A stretch of DNA of 64,000 nucleotides from Octopus vulgaris (taxonomy: Eukaryota), in the NCBI GenBank assembly GCA_951406725.2, contig OX597819.1, positions 88,474,001 through 88,538,000 of the forward strand, in the 5' to 3' direction. Positions within the stretch are counted from its first letter, which is position 1; every line of letters starts with the position of its first letter. Both the position numbers and the translations under genes were made by a program. The notes below the pieces were generated by a model. It saw nothing but the letters and a program-made list of their open reading frames with translations, was not told the origin of the DNA and did not search any database. Shown here piece by piece: positions 16,025 to 29,789 of the stretch.

Positions 16025-16026
<2 letters not shown>
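15597..16026 (+). mobile_element. SINE-A, full length
   Basis: gcgcaggagttggctgtgtggtaag head through the ...gaagtaaaagagtaaaagag tail. Confidence 0.9.
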
Positions 16027-16084
<58 letters not shown>

Positions 16085-16186
16085 TATATACATGCATTAA
16101 CATATATGCATATATTATGTACGTAAAATATATGCGTGCGTGTGATCCACGGGACACAACACACACACCCACACACACACACACAC

Positions 16187-16230
<44 letters not shown>

Positions 16231-16322
16231 ATAATAATAAAGGGTAAAATTAATTAAGCAATTAATAATTAATAATTTAACAGAGTAGTTCGGTATGTTA
16301 AAATATCCATATTCGGTAACCT

Positions 16323-16500
16323 TATACAAAAATTCTATAATTATAAGCATAATTATAATTAGGTTTCAGCAAAATGTCTGGGAGATATCTTAAGGTAGTG
16401 GAATAGTATTTAACTGCTATTTCTAAATTTCGGTATGTGGTGATGCAATTTTTGCTGAACCTAATTATAATTATGTTTATAATTATAGAATTTTTGTATA
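16323..16500. repeat. Inverted repeat with ~52-bp arms
   Basis: tatacaaaaattctataattataagcataattataattaggtttcagcaaaa and its near reverse complement at 16450-16500. Confidence 0.85.
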
Positions 16501-16673
16501 TATATGTGTCTGTGTATGTGTGTGTGTGAAAGGAATAACTTTAAATTTGGGTATACAGTTTGTAGTATGCCATTTAAAGCCCGTCCACTCTGTTCGACTA
16601 CCTGATGTCATTAACAGTATGGACTGAAATACCACTAGATTTATTTCAGGAATTCCTTCGAGTTCGTAGAGTT

Positions 16674-16900
16674 TATAACATATGAGAGGAAGAGAAAGAA
16701 AATGAAATTCACGAGATTCTTTATTAATTACTACGATCGTTTCGACAATCCCGAAACACATTTGCACCGAATGATGCACCACAATCATTTGTACAGCGTT
16801 TCACCTGCGTGGGATCGCTGCACGATGGGTCGAGACGATCGTAGCGATTGACAAAGAATCTTGTGAATTCCATTATCTTTCTCTTTCTCTCATATGTTTA
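16674..16900. repeat. Inverted repeat with ~72-bp imperfect arms, possibly an inverted Penelope-like pLTR
   Basis: Arms at 16674-16746 and 16829-16900. The minus strand carries cgaaacgatcgta followed by aataaa. Confidence 0.7.
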
Positions 16901-16959
16901 TACATACATATCACATCGCATATCATATATGTAGATATATAGATGTGTGTGCGTGCGTG

Positions 16960-17029
<70 letters not shown>

Positions 17030-17171
17030 ACATTTCGCTCAGACATAGCGATACTAATGACATGGTATTATAACTCAATATACATATTCTTTAGAATAAA
17101 GTGTTAGTCAAGCAGCAAGTTGATATATGGGTTACAACTGTTTCTGCCGTAAGATGCAGTGCACTCAGAAG

Positions 17172-17246
17172 TGAGTGCCTGCGCATCATCTTATAGCTTC
17201 CTATGAGCTTCTAAATGGAAGCTATAAGGTGATGCACAAGCACTCA
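17172..17246. other. 30-bp stem hairpin with a 15-nt loop
   Basis: tgagtgcctgcgcatcatcttatagcttcc / ggaagctataaggtgatgcacaagcactca; 27 of 30 positions are Watson-Crick pairs. Confidence 0.85.
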
Positions 17247-17358
17247 GCTCTAAATGTAGCTCTAACTTAAGGAAAATAATGACGGGATTCTTGTATCTTT
17301 TGTCATTTAATTTCATATGATATACACACACCCACACATATATATACATGTATGTATA

Positions 17359-17451
<93 letters not shown>

Positions 17452-19534
17452 ATGTCCCTATGTATGTATGTATGTATGTATGTATGTATGTATGTATGTA
17501 TGTATGTATAGACAGACAGACAGAGACAAAGAGACAGACAGAGTCTTTACCAGCCAAATACTTAAAATATTACAAAGAACTGGTATTGACCGCTACCAAA
17601 TTAAGGAACTTGGAGTAATGCCCTTCTATATTAACGCTTACCGAAATGCAAAATAAAAATATTGCCTACGCCTTTAATGCTCTTATACTTTTCTTCCCTC
17701 CCTCCTTTCTTTCTTTCTTTCTTTATTTATTCATAGTTTTTTTTTTTATTTAGTTTAGTTTTTGCTTCTTTTTATTTTCAGTGCCTGAATGTCCCCGAGC
17801 TATACTCTCAAGAGGTTTTACTGAAAGGAAAAAAAAAATTCTTTATTGAACATCCAGCCTAAATGATTGGGCTCGAACTGTCATTCATTTTATGTGTGTT
17901 TGAGCAGAACTCATCCCAATTATTCTTTGCGCTGCTAGAATATTTCTTCATGTATTGTTATCCCGTGGTTTCCTTTCTTCCTTCACTCCATCAACTTCCA
18001 ACGATTATTTTAAAAATTCTACCAGAACCAATCACTGACGGAAGCCATTAATTTCTCTCCTGTATTTCAATTTTTTAGTACGTCTATGTGTTATGAAACC
18101 ATTTTTTTTTCTTTCTTCTCTCTCCAACACTCACTAATGACAAGCTGATTAATATTTAATGATAATAAAATACAGGCGTTCATTTTACACCACTGTCCCC
18201 ACTTTTCATCCCTCACTGTAATTATCCACATTCATCTGATGTTATCACCTATCTAAAAGTGATTAGAAATATCTTCACTAATTCATCCTGGAAACTGTAT
18301 ATATGAACACAGTGAAAAACTGCCTTCAGGAAAGTTGGCCTCCTCTACTTAACTAAAGTATACTTCAGCCTCAAGCGACTCATAATACAGAGCAAGACCC
18401 TAATTTGCCTAATGATAGAATTTTGTTCATGCATAGTGAATAATAAATTCTCTCCTACCTACTGGCTTATTATCTATTTTCAATTCTTTATTTACAGATA
18501 CCTTCCAACAATTAACACACCATTTTTCTCCATCATGTTTTTCTTGCTCTAAGACACTCGGTTCTTAAGCTTCCTTCCATTTCAATAATCCATAGATGTT
18601 GTTGTTTCCTTTTGTCTTTTTTGTTTTTTTATTTTTACCCGCTGTTAGGCATATTACATTTTAAAATAAAAACAATTTCAACAATATATTTTTTTGCTTC
18701 ATTTCTTTCACAATTCTATCAGACTTGCTTAACTTTTACCTGTACATAATACAGCAAGTCTACTAGAAATTTTAATAAGTTCATAAACGTGCTTTACTCT
18801 TAACAGCTTCGGGGGAAAAAAAGCGAAGTTGTTGCTTTTAACAACAAAAAAGGTTTTTGGCGAATCATTAAAAGGAATGTCCACGAGGACACTCAATCTG
18901 CTAGAACAAGCAGTCAATTTTTTTTCCTCATATTACCTCAACATAGCGTTTTTCAAAAAGGGCGGAGAGACATACTAGAGAATGTAGTGCTAAATAGGAT
19001 ATACAAAAAGAAGGGATATGCAAGACTAGAATGTCTTCGATCATAGGTCTGCTATATCTCAGGGCTGACCGAGAGTTAAACAGCAACAACGTATTTGACA
19101 TTGTCTGTTAATGAGAATCTTTTAACAAAGCACCTACCCTTTGACATGCAATCCATCACTAATCAACTAGGTCACAAAAGCATTCGTTGATCGTGCCCTA
19201 ACCGAGCTAGACTCCATTAGCTTCGACTTGATTTTTCTACACATTTTCCATTCGTTATCAACATTTACACGCACCCCCCCCCACACACACACACATGAAC
19301 ACACCTCTCTCCTTCTCTCTCTCCTCTCTTTCTTTCTTTCTTTCTTTCTTTCTTCCTCCTTCTCTCTCTGACACGCACACGCATACACACGCCTGTATAC
19401 TTGGGATATCCTTATCTTCCTTTACTTCTGTTCGTCTACGCACAACTTCAATTTATTAAGTCTGTCATATAAGTACACTTCCACTAAAGAAAGACTGCAG
19501 AGATATATTGCAATAGGGACTCGAAAATCTAGTC

Positions 19535-20069
19535 CATTGGTTTTCAAAATGCGCGGCGCAAGGAGTGCCTAGTTACGCCGCAGGTTTTTAAAATACGATA
19601 ACTTAAGGTTTAAGAAAATCTATGGTAGTGATTTTGCTTCTTGAAAAACATGTTATTTGATGTTCTTTAAAAAAATTAAAACGGCGAGCTGGCAGAAACG
19701 TTAGCACGCCGGGCGACATGCATAGCCGTATTTCGTCTGCCGTTACGTTCTGAGTTCAAATTCCGCCGAGGTCGACTTTGCCTTTCATCCTTTCGGGGTC
19801 GATAAATTAAGTACCAGATGCGTTCTGGGGTCGATCTAATCGACTGGCTCTCTCCACCAAACTTTCAGGCCCTGTGCCTAGAGTAGAAAATAATGTTTTT
19901 AACAAATTGTTTTGTGGATTTTTACCTTTAAACAGTTTTGCTATTGTTGTCTTTTTTATTTCTATTCGAAATGTGCCTGTAAATTTTTACTTTCCATTCG
20001 TCGTACGCCAGTAATTTTGTCTTCTGTAACTCCTGTGTGCCACGAAATCAAGATGACAGAGAACCATTA
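19535..20069. mobile_element. hAT (Charlie-like) non-autonomous element containing a SINE-B
   Basis: Ends cattggttttcaaa... and ...gagaaccatta. Candidate 8-bp TSD atctagtc / atatagtt (6/8 match). Confidence 0.5.
19683..19890 (+). mobile_element. SINE-B, tail type 1
   Basis: Near-consensus head, central domain and tttcaggccctgtgcctagagtagaaa tail. Confidence 0.9.
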
Positions 20070-21216
20070 ATATAGTTTCGTTAAATAGAAAGAAAATCTA
20101 ATTCACAGTAATTCACCCAATCTTTTCGGGAACAATTCACAACTGAAACCATTTTATTACCTCGACATTCTAGACCTTTCAAATACTGATGACCTTTCAT
20201 AGTGATCATATCAAGAAGACAGCATCTCAAAGGTTGATTTTACCTCTTCAAAGTAAAGATAATACTTCACTTCAGTCTAGTTTCTAACTTTATACGAATA
20301 TCTAATCGATTCGACACTAAAGTACTCTTCATACATTATGATAAAATATCAACAACGAAATCCCTCTCAGCCAACAATGGAGGATCAACAGCACACCAAA
20401 CCAAACTACATCGATGTTTTGGCCATTTAAGTGCTATTAATATTGTGCATCTGTTTGGTTTACCGGTAATACATTATGATACCTACTTAGTATCTCCTCC
20501 AGTGTGGCTTATCAATTTCTATGTTAGCCAGCATGATAAATGGGTCGAAGTTTTTAAGGTGTGGAATACGCAATTTCTTGTAATTTAGACCGCCCCATGG
20601 TCCCAGTAGACAAAATGGAAAAGGCGTTACCCCAGAGGATGGTGAAAGAGATGCGCTGGAACAGCCACTCTGACTTGCGGGGCTAACACTTGCGGACAGC
20701 TGTCTCTGCCCCGATAGCGGTGAGTAGGGATATGGTCCGGGGCCAAGAATGCCGGCGGTCTACACTGCCACAGGCTCGACCACAAACCTGTCGGAGAGTG
20801 ACCGACACCTTGCCAGTTTGACTGCCAAACAAATCTACCTCACTCACCTGTCTACCGAGCGTCCAATCACTCCCAAAACCCGAATCTGCTTCATAATAAC
20901 CCCTGCAAAGCCCCTACATCCAACCTTCAATTTCCCTTGCATTTTCCCACTGAATTCTGCCTACTTTCCTACCTTCCTCTATTTCCCCTCCTCCTCGTTC
21001 AAGTATCCCAATGGCACAGTTAACTCGATGATGACTACACAACGTGCTGTTCTTAATTCTCCTTTTATCCATGCGCACCCTAAACCATTTTCAAAAGAAC
21101 CAGACACTTGTCAGCATTTTAATACCACTGATTCAAGTTTTTGTCTGTTTTTCTTCTTTATATACTTTTGTTGCTAGTGGCCTCCATTAATGTTATTGTA
21201 ATATTTGTTACGTCTA

Positions 21217-21302
21217 AGGCGGTGAGCTGGCAGGAACGTTAGCACGCCGGGCGAAATGCGTAGCCGTATTTCGTCTGTCGTTACGTTCTGAGTTGTCAAG
21301 CG

Positions 21303-21363
<61 letters not shown>

Positions 21364-21600
21364 TATATATGTATATGTGTGTATGTGTGTGTGTGTATGT
21401 TTGTGTGTCTGTGTTTGTCCCCCCCCCCCCCAACATCGCTCAACAACTCAGAACGTATACATATATACATACATACGATGGGCTTCTTTCAGTTTCCGTC
21501 TATCAAATCCACTCACAAGGCTTTGGTCGGCCCGAGGCTTTATTAGAGCCCGGAACCATGTGGTTCATAAGCAAGATACTTACCACACAGCCTACGCCTA
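21217..21600. mobile_element. Rearranged SINE cluster: SINE-B head (+), SINE-A middle (+), SINE-A head (-)
   Basis: Segments match the SINE-B and SINE-A copies elsewhere and switch orientation near 21440-21470. Confidence 0.7.
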
Positions 21601-21630
21601 CAGAAGAACATTTTGTCCGATGCTCTAAAG

Positions 21631-21865
21631 TAGTGGTTCTCAACCAGGGTCCATATTGCCCTTCGGGGCCCATATAAGACTTAGTTGTCAAAATTTATGC
21701 GCAATAAGCTGGTTATACTTTTACAATATACCAAATATTTTAACTATTTTTTAAATACGATTCCTAATATTTCATTCTAAAGATATAATGGGATTTTATG
21801 AATGTCCAACCGGGTAAAATAGGAATCAAACGGATCCATCAGCAAAAAATCGTTGAGAATCGCTG
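21631..21865. mobile_element. hAT-Charlie-type MITE
   Basis: TIRs tagtggttctcaacc / cgttgagaatcgctg. 8-bp TSD ctctaaag (21623-21630) / ttctaaag (21866-21873). Confidence 0.8.
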
Positions 21866-24400
21866 TTCTAAAGTTTCTGTCAATTCCTCGGAAAAATTTT
21901 AGAAATTGTTCAATTGATAGATTTCAGTAGACATATATTGATGTAGTTTGTGCAGTCGAAATATCTGGAATCTTCCGAACAGGAAACTTCAGCTGACAAA
22001 AACAAATGTAAATAATGACGTTCTTCCCCGTTTCTTTTCTCCAACTCGAAGACAATTGCATTCCCTGATCATCATGCTTCATTTGATCTGATTATAAATC
22101 TATTATATAAAATCCGTTCTATCTGTCGGTGTGTGTGTGTCTTCTAGGATCTCGGGCATCCTCCATCCGATTGATATGTAGATACCGACGGTATCAGGGC
22201 GTGTATAAGTCTTGAAAAAAATACAAAAATCGATTCTAGGTGAGAATGCGATCGATAAAGCCGTTTTTGTCCTGCTTTTCTTCCGTCAACTTGTACATAA
22301 CTGCACCTTCCATTTTTTGTTGTTTTTGTACTGCTTAAAGGCACGTTTCTTTCCTGTCAAGCTTACTTTTTAAACCATGTTTGTGTTCTCCCAGTCTACA
22401 GCCTTATCATTACTGGTACTTTAAACTCTTCGGTTGCATATTTGCGTGAATAAAATCGTTTTTCTTTGGAATAGAAAAAAAGTCTATCTTTATTTCCTCT
22501 TTTGCTGGTGTCTCAAATTTAGGTTAAATCAGTGTTTCTCAAAGGGGAGGCCTATGGGACGGTCGGAAATTTGTTTTGAGAAAATTTGGTTTAAATGTTT
22601 GACAAATCAGCACCGTCCATTGGACGGGGGGTGGGGCGTTTTGCTCGTATGAAATATATATAAAAAAAACTTTCATCAATTTTTAAGTTTATATTTATTT
22701 ATCTATTTATTTATTTATGTTTGTTAGTATGTATTATTTATTTGATTTAAGTTCAAATAACTGACGCGTATGTGGAAATTTATTCAAAAATTCCAGAGCC
22801 AATCGATATCTATTTTGCTGTAGACTTTTATATTATCGAGCTATTATTATTGTGATTTTTTTTAGCAAATTCCATTTGTACCTATATAAAATGTCATTAC
22901 TGTAAGATAGCTTTTGCATAAAGACAATTTCCATACCGTCTACTATCAAACTGTTAACAGAAATTTCTATGAAAATTTGACGACAGTCTAGTTTCTCTGC
23001 ACAAATATTGCAAATAGTATCTTTAAAGGGATAAAGCTCTAAATAGTAAAAAAAATTGCTGACAGTGTATGCCTGTGCAGCATAGAAGAAGCGTTAGGAC
23101 CCAAAGCAAAAATTATCGAATTCTTGCTTTTAAACATAAATCGCTAAATGTTTGACTACAATGCTTCTGTGAAATGGAATAAGCCTGTATGACTATTGTG
23201 GATCAGAAACGCTTAGTTGTAGTTTATAATACAACTTAATCTGGGAATACGTATTAGAATCTTCACCGTGACAAAGATAGATCGGTTGATAACTATTTAT
23301 TTCTGTAGCAAGCTTGATAGAAAGTAGACAGAAATAAATATCTATAAAACCGACACATAAATTGATACAGCCATTATTAGGTAGGCAGTCAGCGTGTTTG
23401 GCGAATAGTTACACATATACGTGTATATGTATACATAACGTATACTTGTGTGTGTGTGTGTGCGTGCGCGTTTATGTGTACTTACATAAACATACGTACG
23501 TATATACATTGATATACATATATACAATAGGCTTCTTTCGATGTACTTTAACATTCGGCGTTGCGAAGAGCGCTTTCACCGGATGCTATCTCGTGGTAAA
23601 TGGACATTTAAACAAAACGCACTATGTGCGACCGATAATCTTTACAATAATAGAGGTGGTTTTAATTCGCAATTCAAAATTTATATGTATGTTAGCATGT
23701 ATTTATGTGTGTGTGTGTATATCTATGTATGTATATATGTATGTATATATGTATATATGTATGTATATATGTGTGTATGTGTGTGTGCGCGTGTGTGTTT
23801 AGGAAAAATTCTTGATACAGACACAATATTTGAAGAAAAGTATTCCTAACTTAAAAATTAATTAAATAAACCAATTTTTAAAAAGTAAACGGAAGGACAT
23901 CGCTCGTTTAGAAACAAGTATTTGAGTTTTATGGCATTAGCCACGTGTTAATTTTTTTATGGGCGTGTTTATTTTGCCATTGTATTGGAATATAAGCATG
24001 GCACCCATGATTAATCGTCTACTTTTATGAGAAATTCATAGTATTTACGTATTATTCTGTTGTATTCTCCCATCTAAGGTTGTTTTGTGGTGAGTGGAAT
24101 AATATTTTGTCATAACTCCTTTTAATAAAAGTATAACGAGTCTTCGAAAATTTGTCCGCAACAAGCAAATCAACACGTATCAGGGGGAAAATTTTATAGG
24201 AATTCAACCAATATATATGAAACGACACAAATGCTAAACATATTCAATTCTTGAAAATGAGACTGTGAAGGTTTGGAGATGGCGAATATGAAGTCAGGAA
24301 CTTGATCTTTCCAAACTAACTACGAAAAATACTGATAAGAAAATGCAAATAAAATCTAAAATAACAAAAAGATAAAACTTGGGCACAGTCATGTATTTAA

Positions 24401-24460
<60 letters not shown>

Positions 24461-25555
24461 GTGTGTATATGTATGTAAACATAGTCTAATATCCACACAT
24501 GTAACTAAATGGAGAGACAGTTAGACAGTTGGATAGTCATTTTCAGAACAATAGGCTTGACATTACTGAGCATTGTACAGTAGAAGTATAAATAGTTGAC
24601 AAGATCTTCTTTAACAGAACAAAGTTAGATACGAACCTCTCGAAGATTTTCAAGTCCAGCTTTATTTGATACATAAATTTTACCCAATAAATTTGTATGG
24701 GTGTGCATCAAACTAGAAATATAAGACACATCTCCCTCAAATCACGCCCTACGAAACATTTGATAATGTAATCCGGAATACGCAATAACTGAAAAACAAA
24801 ACGATGGGCTGATTGTGGATGAAACGTCCCTGTGATTTGCCCTGTGTTGAACAAGATGGTTAGTAGGTCTCTGATGAGCATTAGGAATCATAAGGTCGGA
24901 GCTTAACCCAGCTTGCATGGCATATACGTAACTGAGACTAGAACCCTTTCCATTACCACCAACCCCACTCACTGTGACGCTGAGTTGTAGAGTTAACTTC
25001 TCAGCTATTACTGGAACTCATTTACAGGTGAGTGAACCGGAGCAAAGATTTTACGACCGTGGGCACAACATCTTCACTACTAGGCCACGAGCCTTCGACT
25101 AAACAAGAACAACAATAAAAATATAATATTGCCAACAAGAAAAACCTCCACGCAATCGTTTGACCTTATAAAACAAAACATATGAGTTTCTCTTCAAATT
25201 ACATCTTACGAAAGGAAGAACATTCTAGATTATGCAGTCCTAGATACACAAATAGATAAGGATGATTATAGCTGGGACTCCTTTGTTTTTAAATCCGCAC
25301 GGCTGAGGCTGAACTGAAACTAAGCACCACCTCCACCACCAATAACAACAACAACATAACTTTGTCACGGTGCCCCAATTTGCAATGCATGTACCAGCCA
25401 AATGTCTTGTACTTGTACCTGTTAAATAACCTAACCTTCAGTAAATGGGGCATAGATCATTGCTTGTTAATTATCAATTATAATTATTTGGAGGTGACTT
25501 ACTTCGTTTGGACTCGCTTAAAGTCGTGATGAAGTAATTAGATATTTTAAAGATG

Positions 25556-25715
25556 TACGAGGGGTGCTAAAAAGTTCCTGGCTTTAAGGGTATCACGAAA
25601 GGCCTAGCTGGAGCCCAACCACCTGAGTTCTTTTACAGAGATTACAAAAACTGAAGGACTGATCCTCCTGTACTTTCTTTTATCCAAAGCCAGAAACTTC
25701 CCACACCACCTCATA
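25556..25715. mobile_element. Mariner-type MITE (~160 bp)
   Basis: TA-flanked imperfect TIRs tacgaggggtgctaaaaagttcctggcttt / aaagccagaaacttcccacaccacctcata. Confidence 0.7.
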
Positions 25716-26186
25716 TGCAATTTTTGTATTGTATATATAATACAGCGTTGCCTGGTAAAAGAGGATTAGATAAGTTAACCTATTATGATAGTAAGCACTT
25801 CATTTAGATAAAATATCTGCTTGTATATCTTTGGAACGTTTAAAAATAAATTCACGACCACAAATATTAAGCAGTCAAAAGATAACTGAATGAAAGCTGT
25901 GTCAATAGCCAAACATTAGATAAACTTAGAAAAGTTTTAATCAGTACTTTTAGTAACATTGACCTAAAAATAACAATTATCACTAAGTTGAGTATTGTAA
26001 ACGCTTTGCGAATATTAACGTAGATTTCAGCCACCCATCCATAGTTTTCAAATGTCTATTCAATAATATTAGTAGAAAATCTCTAACATATCAAATGATG
26101 CATTAGAAACTAGCGTACATAAAGACAAAGTGAAATATATCCTTAAACTCCGCTTCTTTTTCATTAAATATAAAATTTATCAAAGT

Positions 26187-26242
<56 letters not shown>

Positions 26243-26352
26243 CAACAATAACAACAACAATAATAATAATACCGTAGGCTGTAGGTTGTAAGCCCGCTTT
26301 GCATGCAAGTCACCAGGAACTCCAACAAAACCTGTGATAAAGCGAAATGATG

Positions 26353-26427
<75 letters not shown>

Positions 26428-26430
<3 letters not shown>

Positions 26431-27127
26431 TACCAAAAACATGTAATGAAAAGAAATATAACAAGTAACTGCAGAATATGTGGAGATGGACAAGAAACAA
26501 TAAATCATATTATCTCTGGCTGCCCAGTCCTGGCTAAGAAGGAATATATTCACAGACATGACAGAGTTGTAACCTACATACACTGGAAGCTATGCCAACA
26601 TTATGGAATAACAACAGAAAAAAGATGGTATAGACACACACCAGAAAAGGTCACAGAAAACGAGAAAGCAACCATACTCTGGGATATGCCGATACACACA
26701 GATAGAGAAATTAAGGCCAACAGACCAGATATAGTTGTCAGAGATCATGAAGAAAAAAAATGCTTTCTAATTGATGTATCAATACCGGCAGATGACAACG
26801 TGTCTCTAAAAGAAATGGAGAAACTTTCAAAATACAAAGACCTGGAAATAGAGGAACCAGAATGTGGAATCTAAAAACAGAAACAATTCCTATCATAGTA
26901 GGTGCATTAGGCATGATAAAAAAATATTCAGACAAATACATAACAAAAACACCAGGACTTACGAACACATATAACATACAGAAAATTGCACTACTAGGCA
27001 CTGCACACATCCTACGCAGAACACCTTCCATACAATAACTATCAGAGCATCACAACAAATCACAGCACATACCTAAGGCACACAGAGGTAGTGAAGTGAA
27101 AGCACGCTATAAAAATAAAACTACTGA

Positions 27128-27129
<2 letters not shown>
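26428..27129 (+). mobile_element. 5'-truncated R4/Dong-type non-LTR retrotransposon (CCHC + restriction-like endonuclease) within (TAA)n
   Basis: CRICGDGQETINHIISGC, RHD, RPDIVV...LIDVSIP...EKLSKYKDL. Frameshift near 26853, then WNLKTETIPIIVGALG...ILRRTPSIQ* (stop at 27036-27038). (TAA)n lies on both sides. Confidence 0.9.
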
Positions 27130-27177
<48 letters not shown>

Positions 27178-27309
27178 TTAACAACCAAGTATCCAAGTAT
27201 TATAATGTGCGGAGAGAGACCCTGTAAGACCCCTGACAACAGGCTGTTGTCCGCCCTCACAGAATCTACCTGAACAAACAAGACCGAGAAGTAAAACAAT
27301 AATAATAAC

Positions 27310-27655
27310 AAAAGCGCTCAGAGAGCGCAAACCTCCGCCAAGGCAACTCCAACGTCTTCTCAACGATTAGCCAGAGATGACTTTTAAAATAAGAATATCT
27401 GAAATAAATTCAACTGCTCACACAAACGAGAATACTAAAAATGAACCCGACCGCTCTCAAAAATTAAGTACAAAACAAGAAAAATAATCCCGAATCATTG
27501 TCCGGTACAGGATCGATCCCAAAATCTAATCAGTTAGTGCCAGTCACGAGGCCAAACATCCACGAAAGTTTCATTCGATTCCATCCATTGGTTCTTGAGA
27601 TATCTTGTCCACGGACAAACAAACAAATAAACGTGACTGCAAAACAAGGTAATAA
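27310..27655 (+). mobile_element. Non-autonomous Helitron/Helentron (HINE/DINE-like) element remnant
   Basis: Starts aaagcgctcagagagcgcaaacctccgccaagg and ends gacaaacaaacaaa...aaaacaaggtaataa, a layout I recognise from such elements. The 3' inverted partner of acctccgccaa appears deleted. Confidence 0.4.
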
Positions 27656-27975
27656 GCAAGAAGACCAGATATGATTATAGATGACAAAAATAAAACAATA
27701 TAAGATTATAGACTTAACAATATGATGATGGTAGAGTGGACACCAAAGAAATTTACAAAAATTGAGAAATATCAGGACTAAGGCAGAGAGATGACGAGAT
27801 TGTAGATGACTAATGTATCAATTATGCCTATAGTAAATAGCGTACTTGACAAAACACCCCAAACTTCTACCTAAGTGGCTGAAAGATATTGGCATTGAAA
27901 CTCGCATTGTCAACCATCAGAAAAGTTCAATCCTGTATTCTGTAAGACTCCTAAGAAAGATTCCTGAGATTTCAC
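27655..27975 (+). mobile_element. Second, older R4/Dong-type RLE fragment
   Basis: Broken translation ARRPDMIIDDKNK...EKYQD*GREMTRL...IMPIV...KWLKDIGIETRIVNHQKSSILYSVRLLRK, parallel to the C-terminus at 26720-27038. Confidence 0.65.
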
Positions 27976-29024
27976 GAGACATTTTGAAACCAAACCTCAA
28001 AACTAATATAGCATGTAATAATTATAAAAGAATAATGATAACTATAATTACTGATACATGAAATTATTAAACAGAAATAACTAATAACCCGCTATAAGAA
28101 GCTCAAGGAAAACAGCTCACTCAAAACAAATTAATAAGTAACGAGAGATACCACTATCATATTTTTCGCCATATTTGCTGGCACACGTTGGCATCATAAT
28201 TTCAAGTAATCTCTTTAGTTATCTTTTTACAGTTATTGCCATCTAATCATTGCTGTAATTTTAAGTTACTCAGAATTTGTGTGGCGTGCCCAGATTTTAC
28301 TGACTTAGTCGATCATTTGGTTTGCCAAATATGTTAGCACCTGTCCAGCTTACTTGTGATAGAAAAAGAAACACAAAATAATCTTGACTCATAGGTTATT
28401 ACAGTATGAACCTGAACACAAAAATATCGAGTGAATCTCAGACTGAATTCCTACTTTGGATGTTTGCAATAGATTAAACTCTGATATAGACACTCAATAC
28501 CCAGGCTGGTGGACTATCACGTTTCCCATTAAAATTTACACCATAAAACTAAAGCGAATCAATTAATAAAACACGACTCAGAGAAAGTGGGAATGAGATT
28601 ACATGAAATTCATACAATTCCCCTAAAGTATTGGTGATGTTAGCGAAATGATTTTGGCTTCCAATAAGAAATCGAAACCTAATCGGGAAACAGTCTCAAT
28701 GGGAGCTTACCTCTTGCACTTTGTGATTATGAAAATAGTGTGGAAATTGATTCATTAGTAAGCTGGCAAACTCAAAGATTCTAATATCCTGCTGGTTGAA
28801 TTAATCTACTAGTTTGTAAAAGGAGGAATAAATCTGGCTTAGAGCTACGAATTAAAATATTACGCGTGTACTTCGTCCACGACACTGTAAATTAGGAATT
28901 TCAGAGACATAATCAGGCGTCCCGCAGCTTTTTATAAGGTATGTATGCATGAATGTGTGTGTGTGTGCTTGCGCATGTATTCATATAATAACTATTGATA
29001 GATTATATATACACACACATATAA

Positions 29025-29112
<88 letters not shown>

Positions 29113-29248
29113 CTATATATCTATACACACATATATATCATATCATATCTATCTACCTACCTACCATATATATATATATATATATATATACGCACACAAG
29201 TATGTATATTTGTGTGTATATGAGATTACACTCCTACACACACACACA

Positions 29249-29279
<31 letters not shown>

Positions 29280-29789
29280 TCAGACACACATACACGCATA
29301 CATAAAACAGAAATCGCTTCCGATTAATGGTGGGAATATATTCTTGTTTAGATTTAATTTATATACATAGAAATTCATTTATTCTCCATAAGAATATAAT
29401 TGCAGCCTTTAATTAAAATCATGTTAATCTTCAAAACCTAGATAGAGTTTGTAAGTGTTGTAACTTAATGTATTCAAAGCTCGTGTCGCTTCAACACAAT
29501 GATAAGTGCGAATACTTATAACCTATTGCTTAAGATGTTGGGTTCATGATAGTTAGGTCATGGCTACGATTCTTGGATCAGACAGCGGATTGTGGCCTTG
29601 AGCAATGAATTTCATTTCCCGTTGTTCCACTATACTAGAATGAAACTGAGTAACTGTGATGTCTGGGAGTTGAGGAAGGAATTAAAAACTAATTGCGCTG
29701 TAATCTGTAAACACAGTCTGTCACGTTTGAAACATAGCTCATCCTGACAAATATTGCAAATTGTTATTTAATATTGTGCATGTATAAGA

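Noticed and set aside
17860-18560. Possible very old RTE remnant on the minus strand
   Set aside because: Only faint motif echoes; cannot be supported without alignment.
22930-23300. Possible LINE remnant (NASVK...GSET echo)
   Set aside because: Too degenerate to call.
24805-24832. ctgattg...gaaacgtc hammerhead-like string
   Set aside because: The core is mismatched and there is no stem II.
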